A stretch of 63,636 nucleotides of DNA, counting the filler, from Thraustochytrium aureum (lineage: Eukaryota): NCBI GenBank assembly GCA_012862495.1. It is 6 parts of 4 records of this genome, joined end to end, with 100 filler letters (N's around TTAATTAATTAA, not from the genome) between each part and the next. Parts side by side here need not be neighbours in the genome. Positions count along the whole stretch, not along the records: positions 32,332 to 49,340 come from BLSG01000139.1; positions 49,441 to 60,856 come from BLSG01000139.1; 4 more parts are not named here. One strand, 5' to 3'. The notes beneath the pieces were generated by a model. That model saw nothing but the letters and a program-made list of their open reading frames with translations, had not been told where the DNA came from and ran no database searches. Below, piece after piece: positions 47,076 through 59,338 of this stretch. Every line of letters starts with the position of its first letter. Position 1 is the first letter of the stretch. The translations under genes and the position numbers were made by a program.

Positions 47076-47254
47076 TGCTTTTGGCCCAACTCCTTGCCAA
47101 CACCGTCACCCGCAACCGCTTTTCTTTTCGCTTTTTTTTTGCCAGAACTCCTTCGCGACAGAACTGGAAGCAAATCCGGACCCTGCGAGTACTGTCGAGT
47201 AGAATTGCGACGTCGGTTTTCGCCACAACCACCGAGTAGCGATAAGCAACTCGA

Positions 47255-47326
47255 GGCCGCTTGGTCTAGGGGTATGATTCTTCCTTAGGGTGGAAGAGGT
47301 CTCGGGTTCGATTCCCGAAGCGGCCC
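47255..47326 (+). tRNA. trnP-AGG: tRNA-Pro(AGG), identical second copy
   Basis: Identical 72-nt sequence to 46861-46932, followed by T-runs. Confidence 0.96.
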
Positions 47327-47688
47327 TCCTTTTGCATTTTTGGCTCACCCACTTTCCTCGAGAACCGAGGATCGACCACAGAAAGTGAGTACTCTGACGA
47401 TCGGCATGAGATCTTTTTGTCCTTTCAAGGTTGGAGCGACGAGGCGCCAGTCGAGCAAGGCCAGTTGACGACCGCCCCCTGCCGCGCAACGAAGGCCGGA
47501 CCATCCGTTGCCGCACAACGGAGACCTGCACAACGGAGACCTGCACCACCAGACGAGCTCTCTTCCACCCTCCTCGCGAACCGCTGCGAGCAGCGCACTC
47601 CGCAGGACTGAGCCGTTCATCCTTCCCGCCCACTCCCGACGACGCACGTGGTGATAACGCCAGTCACGTCGCGAGCAGCTCGAGCACC

Positions 47689-49206
47689 ATGAGCGAGGCC
47701 AAGTTGCCCTCTCTGCCCGTTGCCGTCATTGGCGTCGGGTCTGTTGGCCTGACCGCGATCCACTGGTGCTTAGAACGCGGGCTGGAGGTTGTAGCGTTCG
47801 AGCAGCGCGAGGGCTGCGGGGGCATTTGGCGCCAGGACGAACCAGGCCCGGCTGCGCATAGCCCGGCGTACGACTCGCTTTTCACAAACTCATCGAAGAC
47901 GCTGATGAACCTGAGCGACTTTGAGTTCGACGTCAAAACCAAGACAGCGTTCCCAGCCCACCAGGATATCCTCAAGTATTTCGAGTCGTATGAGCGCCAG
48001 TTTGACCTCGGCAAGCACGTGGTGTGGGGAGCGCATGTCCACAACGTTCGCAAAGACGACGGCATCTGGACCGTGCGTGCTCGCGACGCCAGGACTGGGG
48101 CAGAGCTTGGCCCGCGGCAATTCTCGGCCATCCTTGTGTGCACTGGCAAGCTGTGGGACCAGCAGTTGCCCGAATGGGCTGCAACACCTCGGCAAGGAGG
48201 ACCCAAGGTCCTGCACGCCAAGGCCTACCGCAACCCGGAGCCGTTCCGCGGCAAGCCCGTGATGGTTTTGGGAGTTGGAAACAGCGCCCTCGACATTGCC
48301 CTCGAGCTGAGCAAGGATCCGGCTGTCCCTGCAGTTTACCTCAGTTGCCGACGCGGGACGACAGTGATTCCCACCCAGGACAGCCAAGGCAACCCAACTG
48401 ACTGCAAGCTCGCGACGCGTGCATTCCAGTACGGAGCGCCGCGGTGGGCCCGCATTGCCTACCTTCTTTGGCTGGTCACAGACGTCAACAAGGCGTTTGC
48501 GGCGAGTGGAATGCCAAGCCCGCCGGGCGGGCTGTTTGCGCGCGAGTCGCCAACCGCAAACCTCAAGCAGACATCCGAGTTTCTTGCGCAGCTTGCCAAC
48601 GGTCGCATCAAGGTCGTCGCTGCCTACGACGGCTCAGACAAGCTCGCGGACGGCTCGCCAGTGCCCAGCGGCGTCGGAGCCGTGATTTGCTGCACTGGGT
48701 ACACGCTTCGTCTGGACCGCATCTTTCAGCGCGACCTGGTGGACAAGGTGCAGCGTCGAGCTTCCTGGGGCGACCGCTCGGTGAACTGGCTAGCGCTCTA
48801 CAAGCACATCATGCTTCCCGGCGACCCGTCGTGCCACTTTCTTGGTTTTATTACCTCGTTTGGCAACGAGACGGTGATTGGCGAGATGCAGGCGCGTTGG
48901 GCCACAGCCGTGATCGCGGGTATCCTCCCTCCGCCGTCCGACAGAGCCGTGCAAGAGGATGTGAAGCGCACCGAGGCGTTTCTCGACAAGACGCGGCCGT
49001 CTGTCTCCGGCTTCGTGCGCTACGTTCCGTACATGGACAGCTTGGCAGCCGACCTGGGCTGCCGGCCTCCAGCCTTCCGGGACCTCTTGGCGGATCCACG
49101 CCTGGCTTACGACCTGTACATGAAACCCGTCACGGCCGTTCAGTTCCGTCTGCGAGGCCCTGACGCCCTGCCAGAGCAGTCGCGCGCCTTCTTGTCGAGG
49201 CTGTAG
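47689..49206 (+). CDS. Flavin-containing monooxygenase (class B, FMO-like)
   Basis: FAD motif VIGVGSVG, GGIW, YDSLFTNSSK, HAKAYR fingerprint, NADPH motif GVGNSALDIA, CCTGY and EMQARW. Confidence 0.9.
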   Translation: MSEAKLPSLPVAVIGVGSVGLTAIHWCLERGLEVVAFEQREGCGGIWRQDEPGPAAHSPAYDSLFTNSSKTLMNLSDFEFDVKTKTAFPAHQDILKYFESYERQFDLGKHVVWGAHVHNVRKDDGIWTVRARDARTGAELGPRQFSAILVCTGKLWDQQLPEWAATPRQGGPKVLHAKAYRNPEPFRGKPVMVLGVGNSALDIALELSKDPAVPAVYLSCRRGTTVIPTQDSQGNPTDCKLATRAFQYGAPRWARIAYLLWLVTDVNKAFAASGMPSPPGGLFARESPTANLKQTSEFLAQLANGRIKVVAAYDGSDKLADGSPVPSGVGAVICCTGYTLRLDRIFQRDLVDKVQRRASWGDRSVNWLALYKHIMLPGDPSCHFLGFITSFGNETVIGEMQARWATAVIAGILPPPSDRAVQEDVKRTEAFLDKTRPSVSGFVRYVPYMDSLAADLGCRPPAFRDLLADPRLAYDLYMKPVTAVQFRLRGPDALPEQSRAFLSRL

Positions 49207-49340
49207 GTGGGGGGCAACGCGTGTTGCAACGCGGGTTGCACTGCCGGCGCGGAGCCTGGGACCGTCTCGACAGCTATCGTTAGAAAGCCCGACGAATATT
49301 TACGAGGCCAAGAGTCGCTCGAGGGCGGCCGGCCGGCCAG

Positions 49341-49440
49341 NNNNNNNNNNNNNNNNNNNNNNNNNNNNNNNNNNNNNNNNNNNNTTAATTAATTAANNNN
49401 NNNNNNNNNNNNNNNNNNNNNNNNNNNNNNNNNNNNNNNN
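49341..49440. other. Artificial scaffold linker
   Basis: 44N-TTAATTAATTAA-44N. Confidence 0.98.
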
Positions 49441-49543
49441 CGAGTTGAATACTTGCCCTGGCGCTATCTTGCTAGGATCATGAGAATGGCCGCCTTGGTC
49501 ATGGTCGGCTCCCGAACGACTGTGGAAAAGGCGTGCAAATCAT

Positions 49544-51115
49544 TTACCACGTCGAGGCTGGCGCTGTGGGCATCTCACTTGCCGAAAGCGTCCCAACCGA
49601 GTCGTTCTGCACCTGTACTTCCGCGGCTTGAGCATCCGCGTCGCCAGTGTTCCGATTTGCCGCCCCGTCAACGCCGGCCACAAGCTCGGCAAGTCCAGCT
49701 CGACCCGCGAGCGCAGGCGGCTCAAAGGTCAACAGCACGTAGCCGTCCACAACGTCGCGCAATATCAAGAGACCCGCGCGGTGCAGGTCCGGCCCGCCAC
49801 CTTCAATCATAAACCCCTTTTGTTCCGCGAGCGTTGCGCAAATCGAGTACGGCGACCACTCAGAAAAAACTTCGCGGTCAAGCTCCAGCTTGTAAACGAC
49901 CTCAACAGGCACGTGCTCGGCTACAAAACGGAGCGCGCTATACGTCTCCCGGATCTGAGGAATTGGATACAGTCCGTTGCACTCGAATACGTGCCTTGGA
50001 GGAGCAGAAACCTCACCCGCTTCCCAAGCAATTGCAAAAATGAGCCCCGGCGAGTCCACCAGCATCGCTACCGGCTCACCATCGCGGCGCACGGCGTGTG
50101 TCTGCCAGTGCTTGGTATGGCCGCAGCTGCGCGACACGCTGACCACCTTCTCACCTACAAGAGCATTCACAAGGGACGACTTGCCCACGTTGGGGTGCCC
50201 CACGACGCCGATGGTGTAGAGCCCGTTGCCTGCCGTGTCCTTCATCTCTCGACCTTGCACAACGCGAAGGCATTCCTCAAGGACAGCCGCGGTATTCTCA
50301 TGTACTGCAGCATCGTCTGCCTTTGTCGGCTTAGATCCAATCAGCTTGCGTCGCTTGGAGACACCGCCAGGCTCGGCCGCAAAGGCCCCCTCAGTCCCGC
50401 GAGCGCGCGTCGAAAAGCTGACAAGACCGGCTCCTGGGAAAACAGCCTCAAGATAGGAGCGCCAGCGCTCAACGTGGGCCTCGGCCACCATGTCAATCTT
50501 GGTGAGACAGATCACCATCGGGAGCTGGAGGTCCTCAAGGATAAACCGGTAAAGAGCCGCAGGCAAGTGCAAGAGAGGGTTGCGCACGTCCGCGGCAACA
50601 AGAACAACGTCGCTCTTCTCTATCGCGCGCCACAGCTGCCGCCAGACTTCCAGGTTTTGCTCGAACGGGGAGACGCTCGCGACCCCGAACCGGGCGTTGA
50701 CACTCCCAACCCATGCAACAAAGTTTTCTCGCTCTTGCGTGTCGAGGTCTTTGGCGCTTGTGCCGGCGTTCCACTGCGGCCTTTTCGGGAGACCCAAATC
50801 GACGCCTTTGGCGGCAACAAGCGCTCGCTGCCGCTTGGACATATCAATAGGGAGGCCAGCGCGCGCTCGGCGCTTGGCGACTGCCTCGTCAGTCTCTCGG
50901 ACGAACAGCGAGGTAAGCTTGTTGTCTTTGCCCGACCGCGCAAAGCGCGGCTCTGCGTCCCCGGCGGCCTCCTCCTCCTCCTCTTCCTCCCCCTCGCCGT
51001 CTCCGCGGCCTTCCGCCTGCAAGCCCGCCGCGTCGCGCTCGGCCTCCTCCTCGGCAAGCGCATGCTCCTTCCGGGCGAGCCTGTCGGCCTTCTTGGCCTT
51101 GAGGTATTCCTTCTT
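49544..51115 (-). CDS. Circularly permuted GTPase, GNL1/Lsg1 family (5' end in gap)
   Basis: SPFEQNLEVWRQLWRAIEKSDVV...DVRNP. G4 TKID precedes G1 GHPNVGKSS, G2 GHTKH and G3 DSPG. Confidence 0.92.
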   Translation of the reverse strand, partial: KKEYLKAKKADRLARKEHALAEEEAERDAAGLQAEGRGDGEGEEEEEEEAAGDAEPRFARSGKDNKLTSLFVRETDEAVAKRRARAGLPIDMSKRQRALVAAKGVDLGLPKRPQWNAGTSAKDLDTQERENFVAWVGSVNARFGVASVSPFEQNLEVWRQLWRAIEKSDVVLVAADVRNPLLHLPAALYRFILEDLQLPMVICLTKIDMVAEAHVERWRSYLEAVFPGAGLVSFSTRARGTEGAFAAEPGGVSKRRKLIGSKPTKADDAAVHENTAAVLEECLRVVQGREMKDTAGNGLYTIGVVGHPNVGKSSLVNALVGEKVVSVSRSCGHTKHWQTHAVRRDGEPVAMLVDSPGLIFAIAWEAGEVSAPPRHVFECNGLYPIPQIRETYSALRFVAEHVPVEVVYKLELDREVFSEWSPYSICATLAEQKGFMIEGGGPDLHRAGLLILRDVVDGYVLLTFEPPALAGRAGLAELVAGVDGAANRNTGDADAQAAEVQVQNDSVGTLSASEMPTAPASTW

Positions 51116-52128
51116 NNNNNNNNNNNNNNNNNNNNNNNNNNNNNNNNNNNNNNNNNNNNNNNNNNNNNNNNNNNNNNNNNNNNNNNNNNNNNNNNNNNNN
51201 NNNNNNNNNNNNNNNNNNNNNNNNNNNNNNNNNNNNNNNNNNNNNNNNNNNNNNNNNNNNNNNNNNNNNNNNNNNNNNNNNNNNNNNNNNNNNNNNNNNN
51301 NNNNNNNNNNNNNNNNNNNNNNNNNNNNNNNNNNNNNNNNNNNNNNNNNNNNNNNNNNNNNNNNNNNNNNNNNNNNNNNNNNNNNNNNNNNNNNNNNNNN
51401 NNNNNNNNNNNNNNNNNNNNNNNNNNNNNNNNNNNNNNNNNNNNNNNNNNNNNNNNNNNNNNNNNNNNNNNNNNNNNNNNNNNNNNNNNNNNNNNNNNNN
51501 NNNNNNNNNNNNNNNNNNNNNNNNNNNNNNNNNNNNNNNNNNNNNNNNNNNNNNNNNNNNNNNNNNNNNNNNNNNNNNNNNNNNNNNNNNNNNNNNNNNN
51601 NNNNNNNNNNNNNNNNNNNNNNNNNNNNNNNNNNNNNNNNNNNNNNNNNNNNNNNNNNNNNNNNNNNNNNNNNNNNNNNNNNNNNNNNNNNNNNNNNNNN
51701 NNNNNNNNNNNNNNNNNNNNNNNNNNNNNNNNNNNNNNNNNNNNNNNNNNNNNNNNNNNNNNNNNNNNNNNNNNNNNNNNNNNNNNNNNNNNNNNNNNNN
51801 NNNNNNNNNNNNNNNNNNNNNNNNNNNNNNNNNNNNNNNNNNNNNNNNNNNNNNNNNNNNNNNNNNNNNNNNNNNNNNNNNNNNNNNNNNNNNNNNNNNN
51901 NNNNNNNNNNNNNNNNNNNNNNNNNNNNNNNNNNNNNNNNNNNNNNNNNNNNNNNNNNNNNNNNNNNNNNNNNNNNNNNNNNNNNNNNNNNNNNNNNNNN
52001 NNNNNNNNNNNNNNNNNNNNGCAGCAGCACGCAGCCAGCGTTCGCTCTGCTGCGCGCTCGAGCGGAGACGGCCGCCCCCCTTTCGCCCGGAGAACCGCGG
52101 TCGGAAAGCGAGCGACACAGAGAGAGGC

Positions 52129-55100
52129 ATGCCCATCCTCGGAATCTCGGCCGAGCGCCACGGTGGGCTTGCCGCTCGGGTGCCAACCACCTCAACTCGT
52201 TTTGCCAACAGCGCGAGCGCCCCGTTGCGGGTGCAGGAGCGGTACTGTTTTCAAGTCGAGACATGCCCGTTCAAGCACCTCTCAGGCGCCGCGGGTTTGG
52301 TCGTCCCAACTGCAAGCGCGCTGGATCTCATGTCTCGTGTTTTCGAGCAGGTTTTCGCTGCCGAGGACGGCGGGCAGCGCGACCAGCCCGTGCTCGTCCT
52401 TCTAGGCTCTGTTCTCGAACGACTCGCACAGCAGGGCATGGGCCAAACGCTCGACCGGTGCCGGGCGATGCTGCTGGAGCGCAGGCCTCGAGTACTGTAC
52501 TTTGCCAATCAATTTGTGAAAGATCGCTCGAATGGGCAGGCGCTTGAGACTGTGCTGGACGCCCTCGCGTGGATCCGCTTTCACGTAGAGCAGCACAGCC
52601 TGCCGCTCGTCGCGCTGTCCGAAAACACGGCGTTCTTGGCCAGTGCACGTGCTTTGAACCTGCAGGCGACACGGTCCATGGCCTTCCTCGAGCAGGCCGC
52701 CGCAGTGTACGGGATCCCTGAGCACATTTTGAACAAGGCCGCAGAGCTGCAAGACAACGCAGACCGGGCGATCGACCTTTCTGGCCAGGAGGGCAATAGC
52801 GCGGATGCCGCTCACTGGTCAGCGCACCGCGTGGAGGAGGCCTTGCGGTCTGGTGAAGCTGAGAGCGGCAAGCTTGAGGTCAACAAATTTAGCAAAACGG
52901 CCCCTTGCGTCGTTCGCCTCCCCGGGAGCGCGCCAGACATTACGCTCGCGTCCTCGGAGACAAACCGCGCAATACACGGCGACCAAGTCGTGGTTTGCGG
53001 AAGCCGCATCGTGGCCGTTGTGAAACGCAACTGGCGGCCCTATGTTGCCACGTTGCGATTGGAGGGGCCGGGCGACCGCCAGGCAGCATCCAGTTCGGCC
53101 CGGTTGAGCGCCTTGGTTTGCGTCCCTATGGACCGGCGCATACCGCCGATCCGCATTTCGACACGGCACAGCGAACTGCTTGCAGGCCAGCGCTTTGTCG
53201 TGGCGGTCGACGACTGGCCGGCCTCCTCGCGCTATCCACTGGGCCACTACGTGCGCACGCTGGGGCCAATCGGGGACGTTGCAACAGAATCACTAGCGAT
53301 TATGGTCGAGACTGGCCTCGAGCGTCACTTGCTCGAGTTTCCCGTCAAGGCTCTCGAGTGTCTCCCCAAGGAGGGGCCCCGCTGGGCCCCCGCGCCAGCG
53401 AGAAACGCAAGCCCGCGCATCGCGGCCCGCGGCGAGAGGCGCGATCTGCGCGCTGGAGGCGAGGAGACGCTCATCTTCTCTGTCGACCCGCCTGGGTGCC
53501 AGGACATCGACGACGCCATGTCCTTTTGCGCCCTTGAGGACGGCCGGGCCCAAGTCGGCGTCCACATCGCAGATGTGACGCACTTTGTGCAAGCAGGCTC
53601 GGCGCTGGACGTGCAGGCGGCCCTGCGCGCCACTTCTGTCTACTTGCAGGACCGCCGGCTCGACATGTTGCCACGACTATTGTGCGAAGACCTCTGCTCC
53701 CTGCGACCGCAAGTCGACCGCTACGCAGTTTCTGTCATCTGGGAGATGCGGCTGCCGCAGGACATCGACCAACCGATTGAGATCGAGAGTGTTTGGACCG
53801 GCCGCACAGTGATCCGCTCTGCGCACGCGCTTTCATACGCGCAGGCGCAGCGTCTCATGGACGGGAAAAGCCCTGGCGAAGAGCTCGCCCCGCAGTTCCG
53901 CCAGGCCCACACTGGGAAAGCAATCGACCCGGCTCTTTGGGGCCCCCTGCGAGAGGCCTTGCGCGGACTTGACTTGGTCGCGCGTCTCCGCCAAGCAGAG
54001 CGGAGCCGACGCGGCGCTCTCCAGCTCGAGTCGGGCGAGTTCAAGTTTTCTCTCGATGCAACGCACAAGCCGAGCGATGTGCAAGCCAAGACACCTCTGG
54101 CGGTGCATGGCACTGTTGCAGAGCTCATGATCATGGCGAACGAGCAGGTTGCGCGCATCATTGCCGAGCGCCACCCCACTGCCGCAGTAGTGCGTCGTCA
54201 CGCCAAGCCACCGGCGAAGAAGCTCGCCGTTCTACTGGAGCTTGCCTCGAACGCTGGCGTTGCGATCGATGTCACATCGAATGCTGCTCTCGCCGCCTCG
54301 ATGCACGTTGCTAAGGGTATGGTCGACCCTGCGGTGTTCGCGGTGCTTACGGACGCCTTGACCAGGTCAATGTCGGAAGCCGAGTACGTCTGCGCAGGCC
54401 AAGTTCAAGACATTTCGCACTTTGGACTGGGACTCGAGTACTATACGCACTTTACATCGCCGATCCGTCGGTACGCCGACGTGATGGTCCATCGGCAGCT
54501 CCTTGCAGACGGGGAGCACGTTCGAAAGGCCGCTGACCACTCGAAGTTTGGTGCGTGTGGCCAGGTCTTCGAGCAGAGCACCGACCGCGAGCCGGACGTG
54601 TCGCGCGCCGAGGCCCCGACGCATAGTTGGGCCCACGCCGCGCGCGCGTCGCAGCGCGATGAGGACCTCCTATTTGGCGGAATTGTCACCAGCAGCGCAG
54701 GCGACCTGTTTGGGCAGGACATGAATGCCGCAGAAGACGCTCTGTTTGAGCAGGAGATGCATATTGCAGAGGATGCCTTATTTGGAGATTTTGCCACGGC
54801 CCCGACGAGCAGCGAGCCAGCCAGTGCCGCCGTCTTTGGCGACCTTGAGGCGGACGTAGGGGCCGCTGAGGATTCGCTCTTTGCGTCCAGGAGTGCTGAT
54901 TTTTTGGACAGCGCCATCGAGGTGCGCCGTGGCCCCCCGGACGAACAGCGCGAGTGTGCGCCGGTTGCGGATGGCGTGGAGTTGTCTTTGTTTGGCGAAG
55001 CAAGCACCCACGAGGATGGACACAAGCGTGACGACTCGTACGTTTCTGAAATGGATCCAGACCAGACGGGCCACATCAACCGAACGCATCGCGCTGCGAA

Positions 55101-55991
55101 AGAGGCCAGTTTCCGGTCCGAGGAGCTTTTCTTTTCGCTCTTCTTCCAGCGAAACCCGCAAGTTGTGCGCTGCGTGGCAGTCAGCATCAGTGAGTTTGGC
55201 GTGCAGTGCTACGTGCCACGGTTCAGCTCCAAAGTTCTTCTTCGTTTTGGAGAAGGTTCCACCATACCGCTGTGCACCTTCACCCCTCCACCGCAAGGTG
55301 GCTCCCCGGTGGCGTGTCTCGACGAGCACGAAGTGTCAATGCATTGGTCGCGGGCGCCTCCTGGCGCACTGCACGAGTTTGACGCGGTTGTCGTCTCCAG
55401 CCCCCAGCTTGGTCGGGTAAGCGTGCGCCTGCTCGACGAATTGGTCGCTTATTTGTGGTGCGAAGAAACATGGAGCCATCGCCCTCCGCGTCCCAAGCTG
55501 GCGTTGGTTCCACCGCACTGCGTGGCACTTGCATCCCACCTGGAGCAGGCGGCGGCGGCGGGTGATCGTCCGCAATCGGTTCGCGAGTTCGCCCAGCAGA
55601 GGTTCTCGCGGAGCGCGGGCGGTGCAGGAGATCGAGAGACGGCAATCGTCGGGCACAGCAGAGCAGGGGGCAAAAACGATGGCCAGAGGCTGAAACCGGG
55701 GGCTGGTTCGATGTACGCGCGGATGGTCGATGGGCCTGTCTGGCAGCATCAGCGCCAACCGCATGCTGGCCATCCGCGTCCGCACAAAGTGGTCGCCTCT
55801 GTCGGGGAAGAGCCCGCTTTGGGGGCTTTACTCCAGAACCACCTCGACTCGGTCAGCTGTACGACAGAGACCAAGCCGAGGGCGACCTGGATGGCGACGA
55901 GGAGCCCGCTTCAGCAACCTCTTTCGCGGCGATCCAGCACGACCAGCGCGCGGTGGACAAGTTCGTGCAGGAGGCATCACGGGAAGCGACC
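52129..55991 (+). CDS. Dis3/Rrp44-family (RNase II/RNB) 3'-5' exoribonuclease, 3' end in gap
   Basis: NRAIHGDQVVV (CSD), SVDPPGCQDIDDA (catalytic Asp residues), VGVHIADVT, ELMIMANEQVA, HFGLG...YTHFTSPIRRYADVMVHRQL, and an S1-like segment afterwards. Confidence 0.92.
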
Positions 55992-56182
55992 NNNNNNNNN
56001 NNNNNNNNNNNNNNNNNNNNNNNNNNNNNNNNNNNNNNNNNNNNNNNNNNNNNNNNNNNNNNNNNNNNNNNNNNNNNNNNNNNNNNNNNNNNNNNNNNNN
56101 NNNNNNNNNNNNNNNNNNNNNNNNNNNNNNNNNNNNNNNNNNNNNNNNNNNNNNNNNNNNNNNNNNNNNNNNNNNNNNNNNN

Positions 56183-58249
56183 GGCCGGATGGGGGGGAGG
56201 GGGGGCTGCACGCGTCTCTGGTCGCCGGAGCTCGCTCAAGCTCTCTACTATTTCGGTTTGCTCGAGTTCGAGTTGGGTGTTTTCAATTAGTTCTGCCGCA
56301 CCACCGACCTCGCCAGGGACCTTGCAGCCAGTTGCTTTCGAACACTTTAAAATTAAAATACCTCGAAGCAACTCCCGCGTCCCAGGCGTGGCGACCACAC
56401 CAAGCTCGGCAAGTTTGCGGTCCGTAGCTGGGGTCCCCGGGGTAGAGGGCGTGCCTGGCGCAGGACCGCCCGAGCCGTGCGCGCCACGCTTCCGGCCGAT
56501 CGGGGTCCCTGGCGTCATTACCCTGCTAGCAAGTGCAGCAGACCGACTCGGCTTCGGGAGCGCCAGAGCTGATTCGTCGAGCTGGACCTCCAGGCGCGAC
56601 TTTTCAGCCTCGAACAGATCACGCTCTTCGTCAAGGCGGCGAGCCTCTTCGAAGACGAGAGCCTGGTCTTTGGCGAGCCTCTCCTGGATGAGGTCCACCT
56701 CGGCTTGCTGCTCACTGAGCCACTGCTCCTGACGCAGAAAGGCGACTGCGTCAACTTCGTGGCCGCCCGCATCGCCGTGCGCCTCCTCCCTGCAAAACAA
56801 GCCACTATTCGCGCTTCCGCCGAGGAGCGCTACTTGGAGAAGCTGGTCTTGTTCAGCAATAATTGCCTTCGCCTGCTCAAGTCGCTCGAGCAGCGCACCG
56901 GGGTCTAGACAGGATTGCGCGCCGCGCGTGTCCTCGTTTGCGCACGCGCCATCTGCTCCCGCTCTGGAGGCGGCTGTGGCCAGGGCGAGGAAGGCCTCCA
57001 GGCGGCGTTTAAGCTGCTCAACCCTGGCTCGAAGTTGGTCGGCAGGGAGGTTAAAGGTGGCCTGAGAGAGGCGCAATTCGTCCAGGTCTTGCGCCTCAGT
57101 GACGCCAGATTCGCCAGTTTTGACGTCGGCTGCTCCTGGCTCGCAGCTTGCAATCGCCATGCTGCCGGACGCAGACAAGGCACCCGCTGCCTTGGCGAGC
57201 ACGACGTTCTGCAAGCTCGCCATCGCGGCGCGTAGAGCTGCGTTTTCCGATGCAAGAAGCCGAACCTTGGTCTGGGCGCTCATCTGCGCCGCCGCCTCGA
57301 GTGCAGCGGGGCGAACCGCCGCATCGTCGTTGTGGTCGTCGTCCAGCTCGAGCGGCGGAGGGGGCGCCTCCATTTCCATTGCCCGTTTGATGGTGCGGTC
57401 GCGCTGCGCCTGGAGCTGCTGCATGCGCTTTTGCATGCGCTCGTACTCGCCCTCCTTGCGGTTGAGGCTCGCCTGCCAGCCTTTCTGCTGGCCTTCCATC
57501 TTCGCGACCGTGACTTGGAGCTCTTTCACCCATGCGTCGTAACGGTGCTTGTCTTTGCGCTGCTGGGCGGATATGGTGGTCAGCCGGTTCTCGAGCGCAG
57601 CGCTGTCTTGCTTCAAACACTGGACTTGGAGCTTGAGGGCTTCGTTCTCGGATTGCAGGCGTTTGCAGTCCAGACTCGCGCGGTGCGCCGCGGCCTCATA
57701 GGTCCGAATGCACTCGTTGGACGAGCCGAGCTCGCCGATCAGGCTGTGAATTAGGGAGATGACGCTCTCGACGTTCTCAGGCTCAAGAGGGCTGAACCCG
57801 AGCTGGTCCAGCTTGGCGTTGAGCCCGCCGAGCCTGAGAGGGCCGGCTGGCGAGCCGTCCGGGCCTGCGAGAACATCCTCGCCATCGGCGCCGTCTGATG
57901 CAGAACCGGAGCATGCTTCCAGGAACGGCCCGAGCGAGTCGTTGAGCTCGGCAGGCGGAGGGGCCTCCTTGGGGAGGGTGCTTTGGATGCGCCTGCTTTC
58001 GCCAGTGCTGTTCTCTTTGCCAGCGGGTGGAGCCGCATCGGCTTCCGCGGGTCCTTTGCGCTTCAGCCACGGCTTTGCGAACGCAGAATTTTCGGCGGCT
58101 ACGTCACTCGCGCGGTCGCTGCGGGTCGCTGTCTTTTGCTTTGGCGCAGCGAGCGGCGGCGGTTTGGCTTGCGAATTTTTGAACGAGGACGTAAAGTCAA
58201 GCAGCACCCCGCCTCCTCCGCCCGTTTGCTCGCTCTGCTCGTCGGCCAT
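56183..58249 (-). CDS. Coiled-coil protein, ADIP/SSX2IP (Msd1)-like; 3' end in gap
   Basis: LNAKLDQLGFSPL...VISLIHSLI followed by a long coiled coil ending WQASLNRKEGEYERMQKRMQQL, resembling the ADIP domain. Confidence 0.55.
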
Positions 58250-58430
58250 CGCCCCTTCGTGCTCGAGGCCCGACGGCTGGCCCGCTTCCCCGCTGGCAGC
58301 GTCGGGTTGGCGCGGCCAGGACCCCGGCTCGAGCGCCGCTCCCGGTGCCGTTGGCTCGGGCGCCTGCGTCCGCGCAGAGCCGGTGGTCGAGCGCTCCAGC
58401 GAGGGCGAGGCGAAGCCAGCCAGCTCGAGT

Positions 58431-58462
<32 letters not shown>

Positions 58463-59338
58463 CAGTCAGCGAGTCGGCCAGCGCGCGGACAATGGTCGAT
58501 TGCTCAATGACAATCGAACGTCGATCGCCTGATGATCGATCGATCGATCGATCGAGTGATGAGCGAGCGGGCATCTGTGCAACAGCCGACCGGCCCAACA
58601 ACCGCCGAAAGAACAAACCGAGCCGCTGCGCGTAGGCGGTGAAAGAGCACCTCGTTGTTCGGCAAAGTACACACCGCGGCGAGCAGCAGGAACAGCAGGA
58701 ACGCGGAGAGAGTGGCCGGGACTCTGGAGTGTTGTTCATTCAAAGAAGAGAAGAAGAAGAAGTACTCTGTCACGGTGGTGGTGCGTAGCCTCAGCCTCTA
58801 TGTGAGTAGTAGAACTCTTGCTAGAGTAAGAGTACTACTTACGGTATGCTCGAAACTCGTCTCTGCCCACCTCTCTGTGGTGAGGAAAGTGAGGCGTTTC
58901 AAGCATGTTTGTTTTTGTTTTGTTTGCCTCCTCGTGACGCCAGCAGCGGCAGCAGGCTGGTGGACAGAGAGTGCGCACGGGCTATTGCAGAGGCCAGGCA
59001 GGCAGGCAGGCAGCCAGGCAGCCAGGGAACTTGCTACCAGCGCGCAGGCGGCGACGAAGGCGACGCTCGGTGGGCGAGGCGCCGCGGCTTCGGACGGCTC
59101 GTCAGGCAGGCGCCCTCCGCCCCCCCGCCCGCGGGGTTCGCCAGGCCTGACTGACGGCCGACGCAAAGATCGACCCACCGTAGGCGCACGAGTCCAGGCC
59201 GCGTCTGGCCCACGGGCACAGATCCGATTGCTCGCTGCGAGCGCAGCACAGCTGGACGTGGCCGTCGAGCGCGTTGACGCGTCCCTGGATCTGGGCGAGA
59301 GCAGCTGGCGGAAGGATTAAAGGCCGCGGCCAGGCACC

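Noticed and set aside
32332..49206. P450 + dioxygenase + FMO as a biosynthetic gene cluster
   Set aside because: They are spread over 17 kb among housekeeping genes (GDT1, PGM, tRNAs) with no scaffold-forming synthase.
58415..58560. (CAGC)n and (GATC)n tracts; also 23680-23750, 37376-37393 and (TGAA)n at 63016-63044
   Set aside because: Ordinary microsatellites in UTR or intergenic DNA.
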